The notes below the pieces were generated by a model, which saw nothing but the letters and a program-made list of their open reading frames with translations, was not told where the DNA came from and made no database searches. This document shows, piece by piece, positions 12,901 to 25,936 of a DNA stretch of 64,000 nt. The stretch spans positions 25,790,709 to 25,854,708 of the forward strand of contig OZ316894.1 in assembly GCA_973895155.1 (NCBI GenBank), written 5' to 3'. This DNA comes from Marsupella aquatica (taxonomy: Eukaryota > Plantae > Marchantiophyta). Made by a program: the position numbers and the translations under genes. Numbering within the stretch: the stretch's first letter is position 1; the number at the start of each line of letters is the position of its first letter.

Positions 12901-14239
12901 CGCTCCATTGATGACCATTTGAATCCAACACACCGAGTGAAATCAGATTCTTACACATGCCAGGTACATACTTGACTCCGGACACTGTGCGCACAACGCC
13001 ATCAAACATTTGAATCTTCACAGACCCAATTCCCTCAATTTGATAGGAGTGATCATTTCCCATCAGAACTGAACCGTTTGAAACAGAGTAAGAACTGAAA
13101 AACTCACGAATGTAACAAATATGAAAAGAGCAAGCACAATCAAGAATCCACACATCATCTGCTCTCCTAGATGACGTGCACAGGGCATACCCCCGGCTTC
13201 ATAAAATATACTCATCATTGAGTAAATCAGCTTCTCTATCAGCCCTAGCCACATTTGCCGATGAAGTTTCCGCTGCCTTTTCCTTGCAGTCTCGCTTGAA
13301 GTGTCCAACTTGGTTGCACTTCCAACATGTCACCTGCCTCCTCTGAGGGGATTTACCCTTGGACTTAGATCTGGATTTAGATCTAAACTGGGTTCTACGG
13401 TCCCCAGTTGGTCGCTGCATACTCCTCCCACGGTTAACATTGAATGCAGCACCAGATGATGAAGGTTGTGACGTGATGTGCATCTTCTGCTGAAGATCAT
13501 CACTAAGCAGAGAACTTACCACGTCATTGTATGAAATGGTATCCCTATCACGATGCAACAACACTCGTGATAGGGACTGGTAAGATGGAGGCAATGAACT
13601 AAGAAGCTGCAGAGCCTTCGTCTCATCATTCAAAGTCTCCCCAAGGTTTTCCAAGTCAACGACCATGTCGTTGAAAGCATCCACATGGTCTTACAACTTC
13701 GTACCGGATTCCTTCATCCTGAAACTCATCAATTTGTAGGAAGTGTAGAGCCGGTTTGACAACTCCTTGCGGTGATACTTGCTCTGCAATTCCGCAAACA
13801 AGGACATGCAATCCTTATGTGCACCCAACTGCTTGATAATGGGAGGCATGAGATAGAGTGTAACACACCACACTCCCTGCTCCTGCATGCGGTCCCATTG
13901 TTTCTCATCAACATCGTCTTCACTAGGGCTCAGCAGTTGGCCCATCCCTGACGCATAGAGCACTCCCTTCACCTGCTTCTCCCATAGCAAGTAGTCAGAG
14001 CGCCCATCATACTTTGTCATTTCATACTTGGGTCCCCCAAGCTTGAAAGTCCCCATCTTCTTCTTTGGCACTACCGTGAGCTCCGGTAGTAGTACTGCTT
14101 CCTCCACCACACGCCGCACCGGTGATGGTATCGGTGTCACGTGCTCTTCCTCCTGCTTCTCTCTCTGCCCCTGAAACCTCCGTGGTGATCCTCGTGCTTC
14201 AAGTTCCACGTCTTCAAAAAACTCCTCCGAATCACTCAT
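9926..14239 (-). pseudogene. copia gag-pol polyprotein broken by six in-frame stop codons
   Basis: Seven ORF pieces, all in one frame. Gag CCHC knuckle CWKCNQVGHFKRDC, protease WILDCACSFH, integrase HSRLGH...CEHC and IHSDVWGP/SDNGGEY/NGVAER, RT LYVDDMLI, RNaseH YVDSDYG...CDSQSA...KHIDVRYHFIR. Confidence 0.96.
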
Positions 14240-15378
14240 ATGAGAAAATCACAAAAAATGTTGTTTTTCACAACTTCTCAAAAAACTCAAAACTCAACAC
14301 CGCCGCGTAGCCCACAAAGCTAGGAGTCCAATACTGAAAACCGAAATCAAAATCAAAATTTGACAGAAAAGTTATTCAAATTTCGGTCGAGGTGGGTAAA
14401 ACCTTGGGAAACTCCCCCGTTTTGACCACCTCAGGGAATAACCAAAATACCAAGTACAACCCGTTGTCGGAATTGCGATGTGATTGGTGCGCCGCGTTGC
14501 CAACTTCAATGGCTACGACCTCACCGAAAAATAACCAAAAAAGTTACCGTTCGGCGGATGAAATCTTTGTCGGACGGTCAAAAAATAGCTCTCTGGTTTT
14601 TTGGAATATTCTATGACCCTTGTACAGGCCCTGTGAGAATTTTGGAAGAACAATCGAGGGGCTGACACGTGTCCTCGAACCCCCAAAACCCCCTACCACC
14701 CTTCATCGTCAAAATCTGGTCGCGCGCGCAGAAAATACACACGGCAGAATGTACCCCTCGACACCAAACGCAAGATATCTCACTCGGGTTTTGACGAAAT
14801 CAAGATTTGATTTCAGATTTGGAAACTAGACTCCGAGGCGGTGAAGATCAATATAAGAAGCACCCAAAACGAGGAAAGAACGAGGGAGAAAAAAATTGGT
14901 AAAGATGATAGATTTCTCTCAATTGCCATAGCCAATTTCGAATCAGTTTTTCAAAGAGAAAAAAATGGTACCTTGTCAACAACGAATGTTGATCAATTGC
15001 ACTTGGTGCCGTCACCAAGTCCAACAAGGTAATTGATTTTTCTTAGCCTTCCTCTTTGCATCAAAGAGCCAATCCCGGACTCAAAATAATCGTCTTGCCT
15101 CAATCTCTCCGTTGAGTCAAAACACTTGATGCTTCTCCCTCCGAGTCAATTGCCAACTTTCTTCACAAAATCCAGAACGACAAAAACTTAGATCTCTCTG
15201 CACCACGAGCTCCGTTCAGCGATTTCTTCACACCGTTAGAAAGCTCTTGCCCTGATCTATCCGTTGAGCCAATAAACTCCAAGTTCCATGCGACGAAACT
15301 CTGGGAAATCCACCGACACTCAACGCTGGAAAAACCGTCATGAAATCCCGTCACGAACACACGTCACCTCCCAAACAT

Positions 15379-15390
15379 GCTCTGATACCA
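15379..15390 (-). promoter_or_regulatory. Primer-binding site (initiator tRNA-Met)
   Basis: gctctgatacca on + reads TGGTATCAGAGC on minus, 2 nt from the 5' LTR. Confidence 0.93.
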
Positions 15391-15392
15391 AT

Positions 15393-15795
15393 TGTTGAGC
15401 ATAGACGACGATCACAACGGCAAGCCCATGAACCATCCAATGCACAATAGTCGACACAAGAGATACGTGGTTCACCTCCTTGAGACTACGTCCACGGGAA
15501 CACACAAGAGAGCTTTACTGAACTCTAAGCCCGTCGGCTATACCGAGTCTCCACAGTGTAAGCTCTCCCTATCTCTCAAGTGGCTCCATAACAATGAGCC
15601 TTGGTTCTACCTCTCCAAGCACACATGCCTCTTATGATATAGTGTGCAACTTAGTTGTACCTAACCACGTAGTTGTACCTAACCACATAGTTGTACCTAA
15701 TCACGTAGTTGTACCTAACCACGTAGTTGTACCAACCCACGTTGTTGTACCAACCACGTCATACCTAACCTAGACGTAAGAGTAAATACCCAACA
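15393..15795 (-). repeat. 5' LTR of copia element
   Basis: Near-identical to 9333-9735 and followed by the TSD AGATC. Confidence 0.97.
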
Positions 15796-17035
15796 AGATC
15801 TCATCGTCGTTCGGGACCCCCAATCGGCCAAACCCGGATCGGGCCATAATTCGTGCCCCGTTGCCAATGGAGTCAACTTCATTGGCCTTGGGCCGAAGAG
15901 GAGCTCTCACTCAAGCCCTCAAAACTCAAAGTTTGTCCGGGAGTCCGGACGGTCGACCTTGAGCCTGACCCTTTCCCCCTTTGACCCGACCAGCTCTCAG
16001 CTAGTCTAAGCCCTTAGTGTGTGTCACTAGCTTAGCGCCTTGCCTTGGCCAATGCCACACCCCATTGCCCAGAAGTCTCCCCATGCTAAGTCCTCCCTAG
16101 ATGGCCTATATGGGCATGACCATAAGGGAGCTCGGCGTCGGAGTCAACGACGCCAGAGCTAAGTGTTAAGGTAGTCGAGTTCCGCAACTCATATCATCAA
16201 AGAGACCCACCATGGAGACCCACCACCGGGTGTCATCGGGAAAACATTGAGGCAAAAGAAATGTTTTGTTTTGTTTTGTTGTTGGAAATGCAAAGAGACA
16301 AATTTAGGAGAAAAAAGGACACTTAAAGGTGAAGAGAGAAGGAAAATCAAAGTCAAAAGAAAATTAAAAGTGAAAGTGAAAGAGGAGAAGAATGAAAGTG
16401 AATTTTTTTTATGTTGATAGTGGTGAGTGAGGAGGAGACTTGTCAAGTTTCTTATACGAAGATGGAAGTTGCAATTTAAGGAGCAAGGGCAGTTGATAAG
16501 AATCAATTTTGAGGTATGGAGGAGGGAGATATGGTAGGGGTAGCAAGGAGAAAAGGGGGTTATCATCCTTGTTCCATGCATCATGATGTGCCAGGCCCAT
16601 TATGGCATTCTTTGTAGTTGAAAAGGAAAATTTGTGTGCAAGAGATTCAGTTTGTTGTTGTTGTGAGGGATGCATCGTGCTCTTGTTTCAGGACAAGGAT
16701 GAATTGTTTTAGGACCAGGATGATTTTCTTTCTGGGAGGTGGATCTTGTAACAGCAAGAGGCTGGTGAGTGCACAGTAGAGTTCTGAGCTTTTCTCTCCA
16801 ATTTATAAGAGAGTGGATGAGAAGAATCTCATGGCATGAGAGACAGATTGCGGTGTAGTTCCTTGCAGATTATCCTGATTTTCATTTGAGACATGGTTGA
16901 AAAGTCAGGGATTGCAAGCAGATTTTTCATTCCTCTGAACTCAAGGATAGTAAGTTCTTGGATCTTATTGCACATTTTTTATTGGGTTGTGAAATTTGCA
17001 ATTGCCCCCAACGACAGAAAGATGAGCAAACGAAT

Positions 17036-17200
17036 TTGGAACTGTCCTCTGGATTGCAGGAGTTTCAGTGGAATGAGTTAGTGCTTGTAAGTTTGGAACT
17101 GTTCTTTGGATTGCAGGAGTTTTAGTGGAACGAGTTAGTGCTCTTGGAACTGTTCTCTGGATTGCAGGAGTTTCAGTGGAACAAGTTAGTGCTTGTAAGC
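17036..17200. repeat. ~50-56 bp tandem repeat, 3 copies
   Basis: ttggaactgt(c/t)ct(c/t)tggattgcaggagttt(c/t)agtggaa..agttagtgct repeated. Confidence 0.85.
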
Positions 17201-17461
17201 CACGTCTGCGATTTTGTCCCATATGATGATTTCTTCATGCAGTGCTTTTAAGTTGGAATTTGACAATTGAGGAAATGAGAGGGATTGGGCATGGTGTGCT
17301 TCAGACTAGGAATGACAGTTGTGGAAATAAATATCTTGCCTTTATTAAGGGTGAAGCTTGTTTTGGCTCTTAGATCAAATCCTACTTCTCTTCTATCTGT
17401 TTCAAACGGTCTTGACAGAACATATATACTTAAACTATTTAAGGGGTTTACGTGTTCATTT

Positions 17462-17585
17462 TTATCGAAGCAATTTGAGGATCTCATTCTCGCTTTGTAG
17501 GAATAAAGGCACTAGAGTAATCACAAGTTCAGAAGGATATATAGGAACATGAATATCCACCATTATTCTTCTGATACTTTGTTTC
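17462..17585 (-). pseudogene. PPO: Detached 3' end of the polyphenol oxidase pseudogene
   Basis: Joining across the GTTTC TSD to 49318+ reads DLGWKQSIRRIMVDIHVPIYPSELVITLVP...stop, resembling the PPO C-terminal (L/V)V(I/V)TLVP motif. Confidence 0.7.
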
Positions 17586-18873
17586 TGTCACGTCATCGCC
17601 TAGGCCTTAACCCGGGCTTTGGCTTAGACAGGCACATCCTTCATCAAAATGAGGGTTCGGGCAGGGAGGGATGCACAGAATGCACCTAACTCAAGTAAAC
17701 TAGCGCTAAGTGCGCCTATGGTCATATACGAACACCTCCTAGGTATGGTTTGTGTTCCGCCGCCGAAACGTACCTCAATCGATAACAGGATCGACCCCGG
17801 CTTACGGGCTTCTAAGCCTTCGTGTTGTCCGCCTTTGATCCGGATTCGATGATATGGGTACTCAACCCGGGCTCGCAACCACTACCCGCAAGCTGCACCA
17901 CGTGCCTGACTTGGGTAGTGCGTTTGGCCAAGCGTTCACTAATAGAAACCGGGGTGTCTTATGACTAAGTTTTACGACTACCCATGACTCCTTGTGAATA
18001 AAGTTTGGGGGGTATCAAGCCAGTCGTAATTTCAACATAGCATCTTATTTAAAGTGACTGAAATCGAGTGGTCAGCTATGTGACTAGGGTTTAAGACACA
18101 TTTTGTGACTAATAATGACCAAATCCGTACTTGGGCATTTTGGGATTTGGAGAAGGTGTAGTCTTACAAATGACTGCAAAGTAGTCATTTGTATGACTTA
18201 AAATAAGGTATGAATTAGTCACAAACAGTCAGTGAGGAAGAGTAGCCTTTCGCAAATATGACTGGTGCTATGGTTCAATATCGGAACACAGGCGACTGAG
18301 TATGACTAGTTGGTCTTAAAAGTTTAGAGTTTATGGGCACATTAGTGACCGATGATGACTACAGATGACTAATCATTATTAAAAATCTTAAGATTGGGCT
18401 AGACTGGTTGGTCTTATTGGGGACCACGATGTAATATATGACGGTCATATCTTAATGACCCAAAATGACTATTAGTCTAGTTCACGACTGCATTCTTTGA
18501 CCCTTTTGGTCAAAATTTTGACTCGACCTGAGGCAATTGCAGCCTACACATAGCACTAGAACCATGACTAATAGTCAACTCAAGCATACAAGCATACATT
18601 CAAGCGCTCAAGCATACAAGTACACAAGTCTTACATGAAAACATGAGAGACAACATAGTTCTATTCGAATCTTAGAACTCATATTAACTATTGAACACAC
18701 ATGCATAATTTCATACAAACAAAGTTGTCACAACATTATCAGTGGATGATCCAATGAATCTCAATTCAACTCTGCATTATGAAATATCTAGGTACCATTT
18801 GGCACCAATCATGCAGTTGTTTGTAAGTTTAGGCTAAAACTACAAACCACACATTTCAGGTGTCCCTATGTAA

Positions 18874-20780
18874 TTAATCTGCTAGCCACAACACCAAAGA
18901 GTTCAGAGCGTCTGCAATAATTGTCTGGGGCGGGTCATCATTCAAATTAAGAACTCGTAAAGGGGTCTTTGGCTTCACAAGCTTTGTCAACAACACTACA
19001 GAATACCCTATTGGTACTTCTTTGCAATGGAATGTAATATGCTAAGGGCGCAATTTTCCATACCCTACACACAACTCATTTTGCTGTGGTGAGAACAATG
19101 TACATACTCAGGATGTGCCAGAGTTTTCAATTTTGCATCAGCTTTACGCTTCTTTGCCGCTGCCACTCTACCACTTGCCCTGGCCCGAATCTTCACCTTC
19201 CGAATAGGTCTCCCAGCAGTTGAAAGCTCTACGTCTACTCCACCGTCTGTGGTCATACCCTGTATGTCACCTACCTGTGATGGAATTTGGGTCTCCACCT
19301 GGCCCTCTGGAATTTGGGTCGTCTCCACCTGACCCTCTGGAATTTGGGTCTCCACTTGGCCCTCCATTTCGCATCCATTCTCACCGGCTTTGGCAACTTC
19401 TATGAACTCTTCATATGGATCCAAACTGGGGGTATTCAGTACATTGGTAACCTTTGCAATAACAAAATAGCAAGTCAACAGCCTATCAGCATTTTTGCCT
19501 TATCTCCAATCATGGAAACATATAACAAAACACATTTTTTGCCTCATCTCCAATCATGGAAACATATGAGAAACCTTACCTTTCATTGTTGGGGCCATGG
19601 TACCCTCCACATCCCTTTCTGTGGGCTCCACCTCCATTTGCTGTTCAATGTTACCCTCTGGATTCATCAAATTGGAGTAATGTGGCAGGTCTCTAGAACC
19701 TCCATTCCATATTGCATTCATTGTACGTTTGTATTGGTCTTCTTGCACACGAATAAGCTTCTGAACATCTTCCTTTAAAGTAGTCAACTCACTTGCCATT
19801 TCACTCAATTTCACGGTCACATCATTCTCATGAGACTCCATACATTTGACACGATCTGATAAATTGCTAAGAGAACATGATCCACCTCCCTGCCGACACA
19901 TATGTCCAACAGAGTCAATCCATTACACCTGGACAATAATATATGGTCCCCTTGTTCATACAAACTAGGGAATGTGGACCTCAAAGAACACTATCTGGTA
20001 TGAGTACTCACTTGGTTTGAAGGATCACTCTGGCCAGATTTTTGCTTCTGTTTTCTTGCTTCAGCTCTCACCTCTTCTTTTGTAGGGGACTGTCCATTTT
20101 GTGCCTTCTGCATACATCATATTTTCACACATTATTTGCTTGGACACAAAAAAACTCAAATACACTAGTACTGTAGAAGTTAGGTCTGCCAATCCAATGA
20201 TTATTCTTACCAGTTGCTCTACTGTCGGAGCATTCCCTTTCCTTCCTGTCAAGTTAAGGTTCTGAACGTTGCCACGTGCATATGCCATCTGGGAACTCTT
20301 ACTCTTGCCGAATTCACTCAAGAAGTGATGGACTAGCTTGCTCCATTGAAGAGAATCTGTCAATGGGGGAGCAGACATTCTTTGGTCCTCTCCACCTTCT
20401 TGAAACAACACGTGCAATCTCCACCTCTCATTCTTCAGAATTGTCTTTGCATGAGCCTGAAGACACTCCATGGCTACTCCATCCGGATGGCCCACATATT
20501 TCCATTTTGCAGCTACATTGTCAACAACTTGTTGCCAATCCGCTGGATGCTGCTGCACAAAATTCACCACACTCAAATCCAGCCATCGCAATATTTCACC
20601 TTTCAAGTCAGCCAACCAACGATTCTTCCCTGCAGATGCACTGTTCACCCAACGGTTGCTCCCAATGTCCACTACTCCTTTCTTGGTTCTGTCAGGTCCT
20701 GCATTGCTTTCTGTGGTACTGCTTGGTGTGACAGCACTAGAAGAATCCGAGCTCATCTGAGACCGCAATATGTGACTCAT
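18874..20780 (-). pseudogene. CACTA accessory gene A, multi-exon TnpA/Ptta-like with a terminal Tnp1-like domain
   Basis: ORF 20061-20780 (LKNERWRLH...WSKLVHHF...SQMAYARGNVQNLNLTGRKG) resembles the En/Spm Ptta domain. The last exon ~19075-18874 reads TFHCKEVPIGYSVVLLTKLVKPKTPLRVLNLNDDPPQTIIADALNSLVLW. GT/AG sites lie between the ORF pieces. Confidence 0.65.
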
Positions 20781-21410
20781 TTTGGCTCATGTGACTTCAT
20801 TGTGACTCAACGTGACGTGACCCAGGCTGTGACCCTTGGAGTTGCAAAAGTTGAGACCCAAAAATAGTAGTCACTATTGATACATGGAATTGCGACTTGC
20901 TTGATACCCATTTGTGACTCTTTTGTGACTCTATCATGGAGTCTAGCCTTGTTTATAAGTGACTGTAATGTGACTTTAATTAGTCACAGGGTAAGTCACA
21001 TCCGTGACTTACTTGCCATTAATAACGACTACCTTGTGGCATTTTAGTGTCACAAAATAGACCAAGGGAGACCCTGGTCCGGTCACACTATACAACCATT
21101 TGCATCTCTACATAGTCATTCTTATAACTAATAAGGTTGAGATGGAATTTAGGGAAGTTATAACCATAACTAATCCATAACAAAACATGATATAAGCAGA
21201 TCGAACATAGTATGTACTCATTCATAAGAATTGAACAGAATGACTATATTGCTGAAACATAGGCATCAATTCAATTACAATGGAACTGTTTACATTGTCA
21301 TCAAGGTAATTCAAAGAAAATAAGAACTTGTAAACTGATAATTGTTTGAAATAATTGAAAGTAAATGCATTGAATTCTAAAATCTACAAAGCATGACTCA
21401 CACTACATTG

Positions 21411-23028
21411 TTATGGATCCTCTATGTACTTTCTTGGCCATAATACCAAAGAACCTGCAGCATCTCCAAGTGTCTTCTGAGGAGGATCATCATTTGTGTT
21501 TGGAATGGGAAGGACAACTTTAGGTTTAACTAGTAATGTGATTAACACTACTGAATAACCTGGTGGGATCCTCTTGCCATGGAACGTTGTAGAACCAACT
21601 TGCACTCTGCCAAATCCTACTCGTGTTCCACTTTCATCAATAGCTAATAAGCCACTTTTTCCCTTTGCATTAGGTGCCTTCCCTACCTCCACCTTAGATG
21701 TTTCTGCCAGCTCCGATCTTGGAGGTTTGTATGAAACCTTTGAGGTGGCTCTACTCCCAACAGACTTGCTTCGTGTGTGCATGTAGCTTCCTCTCTTCAC
21801 AGTAGTGGAGCTAGGCTCAGTAGGTTCCTCTGTTGGGACTGTCACAGTAGCAGGTTCCTCACCTGGGAGTGCCATACCAACTAACTCTTTGGTTGGATGT
21901 ATCGCAACAAGAGGCACACCTGTCATTGACAATGACACATTCTGCAAATCATTTATCTCTGCAATGGTATCAAGATCTACATAGCACAAAACTTGCTCCA
22001 CATCACATGAATCTGGCTCAATGGTATCATTGTCACGCTTGTTGATATCCTCCTTTGCCCCAACATTGATATCATCCGATCCCTTGCCAATCTCATCCTC
22101 AACCAAACATGGTTCACTGCCCTTTGTCAAATTAGTTGCATGTACAGACTGCAACTTTGTTGCCTCTAAATTGCAGCGACTCTTTGCCAGGTGATCATAC
22201 TTCTTCTCTGCAGGACCTGTCATATTCTCATTGAAAATCATCATTACCAGCATTTTCCCAATCAGGTTGAGCGGAATCTGCATGCAATGGCAGGTGGAAT
22301 GAATTTCATGTTGTATGAATCCAATCTCAAACAATGTCAAACATTGCTATGCAGTCTGAAATTCACAATTGTTACTAATTAACAAAGAACTGACATATAG
22401 ATATACTCACATCCCCATGGTTGAGGTGGACATCCGTACCCACGATCGAGATTGTGGGTTTGGACTTGCTCTACCTCTATTACGGGCATAACCACTACTC
22501 TGCCCCCTGTCATAGTATTGGGCACCAGCTTGGGATCTATCGCTACAACCACCTCGCCAACCTTGATCAGAGGTCAGCCCCCCTTGCTGGTATGGTGTAT
22601 GCACAGGCTTTGCAAGCAAAACAAAACTCACAGGACGTTGTATCACATCACCAACTACAATGTCACAAACAAAGTATTGTACATATGGGTAAAGGAGTCA
22701 TGAAACCTCTAAAGAAGAGAATTTAACTCAGTACCTTGCTGGGAAAATTACTTACCTGTTTCTTTTTGGGCTGCTTTGCAATGTATTCATCTTCATAACC
22801 CCCATCCTCATCCATTTCCTCTGGAAAATACTCATCATCTGCATTTTCTTGTCTGGTGTCTGCACCCACCTGTGCAAGATCCATCTCATCTCCACATTCT
22901 GCCATTGTAGGTACGACCTTCTTGCTCAACCTTTCACTCCGATGCACAGGCCTAGAGATAGTGTTGGTCACCCTTCTTGCGTACTCCTTTCGTTTCTTTG
23001 AAAATTTTGTGGTTCTGCGACATTCCAA
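21411..23028 (-). CDS. CACTA accessory gene B, multi-exon, ending in a Tnp1/En-Spm-like domain
   Basis: The terminal exon has VGFGRV...TFHGKRIPPGYSVVLITLLVKPKVVLPIPN.NDDPPQKTLGDAAGSLVLWP. Upstream ORFs 22723-23028 and 22407-22646 end at gtaagt/gtgagt donors. Confidence 0.65.
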
Positions 23029-24318
23029 TATGAGAATATAGTCATAATTTCAGTGCCACATTGAACTATTCATGTCACACAAACTCAGTGCAGGATCATA
23101 TTAGGATCCCCAAGAATCCCGCCATCTTGTATTGCATCATTCATTTGATCATCAAGCGATTGCGGTGATTCTTGTAGCAAGTGGCAAACCTCCTCTCTTT
23201 TTCTGCATCAACAATATTTTATTCAGGCACCAAAATGCATTGACTTCGATTCAAGTCTGTACACGTATCTACTGTGACTGCAAAGACATCCTTTGGCCAA
23301 ATGCTGATAGTCAAGAGAAAACCATTGGCACTAAGAGCTGAATATTCAAGCATATGGAAGCCTCCAAATTCCGAAACGACAAGACCTAGGGGGGGCAAAG
23401 AGTTTACAAAGCCGACACGGAAATAAAAGATTTCAAACAGACACAAGATATCTGAAGGAGAACTCTTTAGGATAAACAATTACATCCATCGTAAAATACA
23501 CCAAGACTGAAGAAAGACAAGCTGAATAGGCAGATTACAAGAATGTAAAAATTCACATCACAAAATGAATAATATGCAGCTGGCCATACCAACCAAAATA
23601 AGATCTCTGTGACCTCCAAAAGTCAAGGGATTAGCATTTGGGCCACATTTTCCTTTAGAAATATCTACAGCTTGGTTACACACTACATTAGTGTGCGTAC
23701 AACTTTGTAGACCGGTTTGTCAGTCCTACGAATGCCATCTAGCCCAGGAGGACTATCTAGAACATGGCCATGATGTGTCAAAGACAACTGATAACAGTTT
23801 ACTCATAATACATTTCCTCCTGTGCGGTTTCAGTTTTGCATTTGAAGATTTGTTCTAGCCGTGCTCGTTGACAATTCCAAGTGACTATTTTCTCAAGTGC
23901 CTTTTCGTACTTGGGTCAAAACATCTCAACAGCAAAGTCAGTTGGTGTTTCTTCAACAGTAGCAGCTGACACGGAACCTAGACCACAAGTGGAAGAATCT
24001 CACTTGTGGATTCACCTGATGGCTGCTTAGACGCATTGAAGGAAGGGAGCTTGAAAATATGCCACTTATCACATAATTTTCTATTTCTTATTGGCACGGT
24101 CAAAAGCGCCAGTCTATCAAAAGGAGTCCTTCCCATAAGTGGCAGCCTCCCAAGTAAGAAGCTCAGTTTGTCCCTGCGACATGAACCAGAATGATACATA
24201 TATAGAACATTGCCAGTTGTGACCTGTCCTCACTCTTTGGAGGGTAAGTATAAGAGGAGTAGAAAAGAAAAGCAACAAAAATTGAGCATAACAATCAAAT
24301 GGAAAAAGCCAAGTTCCA

Positions 24319-24600
24319 TTTGCAACAGTCAGACACCATGAAGGTAGAAATCAAAAACAAGAGGTCAGCTAAAATGTCTCCGTTGAATTTATGAGACAAC
24401 AGGGTTGGGGTTTTGCAACAGTCAGACACCATGAAGTAGAAATCAAAAACAAGAGGTCAGCTAAAATGTCTCCGTTGAATTTATGAGACAACAGGGTTGG
24501 GGTTTTGCAACAGTCAGACACCATGAAGTAGAAATCAAAAACAAGAGGTCTGCTAAAATGTCTCCATTGAATTTATGAGACAACAGGGTTAAAACCCCAA
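24319..24600. repeat. 92-93 bp tandem repeat, 3 copies
   Basis: Units start at 24319, 24412 and 24504 (tttgcaacagtcagacaccatgaag...gagacaacagggtt). Confidence 0.95.
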
Positions 24601-25159
24601 CGTACATAGGCAGAAATTATTGAACACCCATCATTTCTGCTTCTTTTTCTCGGTAAGCACAAAGTATACAGGTGCACCATGGTAATGGTTTATGAGCAAA
24701 GGAACATCACCTCTTAGGTTTTCTACGCTCTGTATTATGACAAATATTTCAATGGATGAGCGGCAGTGAAACCACGTCGTCACACAGCATAAATGACTTT
24801 AGGGAAGTGACATGGTGCTCTAAAAAAGCTGAGAAACTTACCAGCTCACGTCCACCATTGGTCTTAGTCCTCTATGGTAGACATTAAAATAAGTTAAAAG
24901 GAGTGACAAACAGCTTTGTCTGCCTTGTGAAACGATACAAGGAAACTGTTCGTGACCATTCTCCAACTCACAAACTCCATGTCAGAAGCCAAGCTTAGAG
25001 CCTGTCAACGCCTTAAAATGGGTAAGGGAGCTGTTGTTTGATTAGAGGTTTCATCCAAGGTACTTTGAATGAACGGTCAGCACGGGTCTTAGTTTGAAGC
25101 AAATTCAGTTGTCTGCGATGAACTATTTCTGTGCTTTGGGGTTGAAGTTTGGAGTGTGA

Positions 25160-25936
25160 TTATTTCCCGTGTTTATGAGAAATCGTTCTTGTAATCTGCA
25201 TCACCGCAGGCAAGAAATTTTCAGCTTCATAAACACAGCCAAATATTCTATCTTCACAATTGTAAGGCAGCAACACGATTTCAATCAACATGTCGAGTGC
25301 CACGAGTGCCCCAAGTCTTGTCAAAAGACATGTCAACTCCAGAGCAATAGTTTCGATTGAAGTTGACAAGAAGAAACGAAGCAATCTCCAATCCTCCTGA
25401 TTCAGCTCAATTAACTCCTCCCCTCACCGTCTGACCTAGCGCACTTAAACATCCTGCAGACCGACGGGTGAAGAATATGATGTCCACCAACGACTCTCAC
25501 TATTCCATCACAAACAAAGGAAACTGAAGGAATACAAACCTACATTTGGACCCTTCGGATACAGTTGCCGTAGACCTTGCTCCTCTAGGCTTGGTAGCAT
25601 GTCATCCGTCTGATATATACAAAAGAAGATTTAAGACGTGCACGCTTACCGAATAGGTTTGATCCGAACTACTCAGCCAACGACTCTGGGAATAGATACA
25701 GTTATAGAGAGTCAATTTCAGTTGTAAAGCAAGAACAAGATTTGTGGCAATCATACAAACACGTCTTGTTTCAAGTTTTCTTCTCAAACAATCATACTCA
25801 CTGTGTAATTGGAGCCGAACATCGCATAAGTGCCACTAACTGGTGGAGGCGGTGCCGGAGCATACTCGGGATTGCTTGCAAAATCTTTGTACAATTTGTA
25901 GTAAGGTGGTGGTGGGGGATATGTCGAACATGCCAT
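25160..25936 (-). pseudogene. MED7: Captured fragment of host Mediator subunit 7 gene (exons 1-2, introns, degraded start of exon 3)
   Basis: Exon 25936-25802 MACSTYPPPPPYYKLYKDFASNPEYAPAPPPPVSGTYAMFGSNYT|gtgagt. Exon 25609-25540 cag|TDDMLPSLEEQGLRQLYPKGPNV|gt. From 25195, cag|DYKND... then similarity is lost. Matches the plant MED7 N-terminus. Confidence 0.9.

Larger units (their letters stand above)
9333..15795 (-). mobile_element. Full-length Ty1/copia LTR retrotransposon
   Basis: Two 403-bp TG...CA LTRs (9333-9735, 15393-15795), 5-bp TSD AGATC (9328-9332, 15796-15800), PBS and PPT, gag-PR-IN-RT-RNaseH domain order. Confidence 0.98.
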
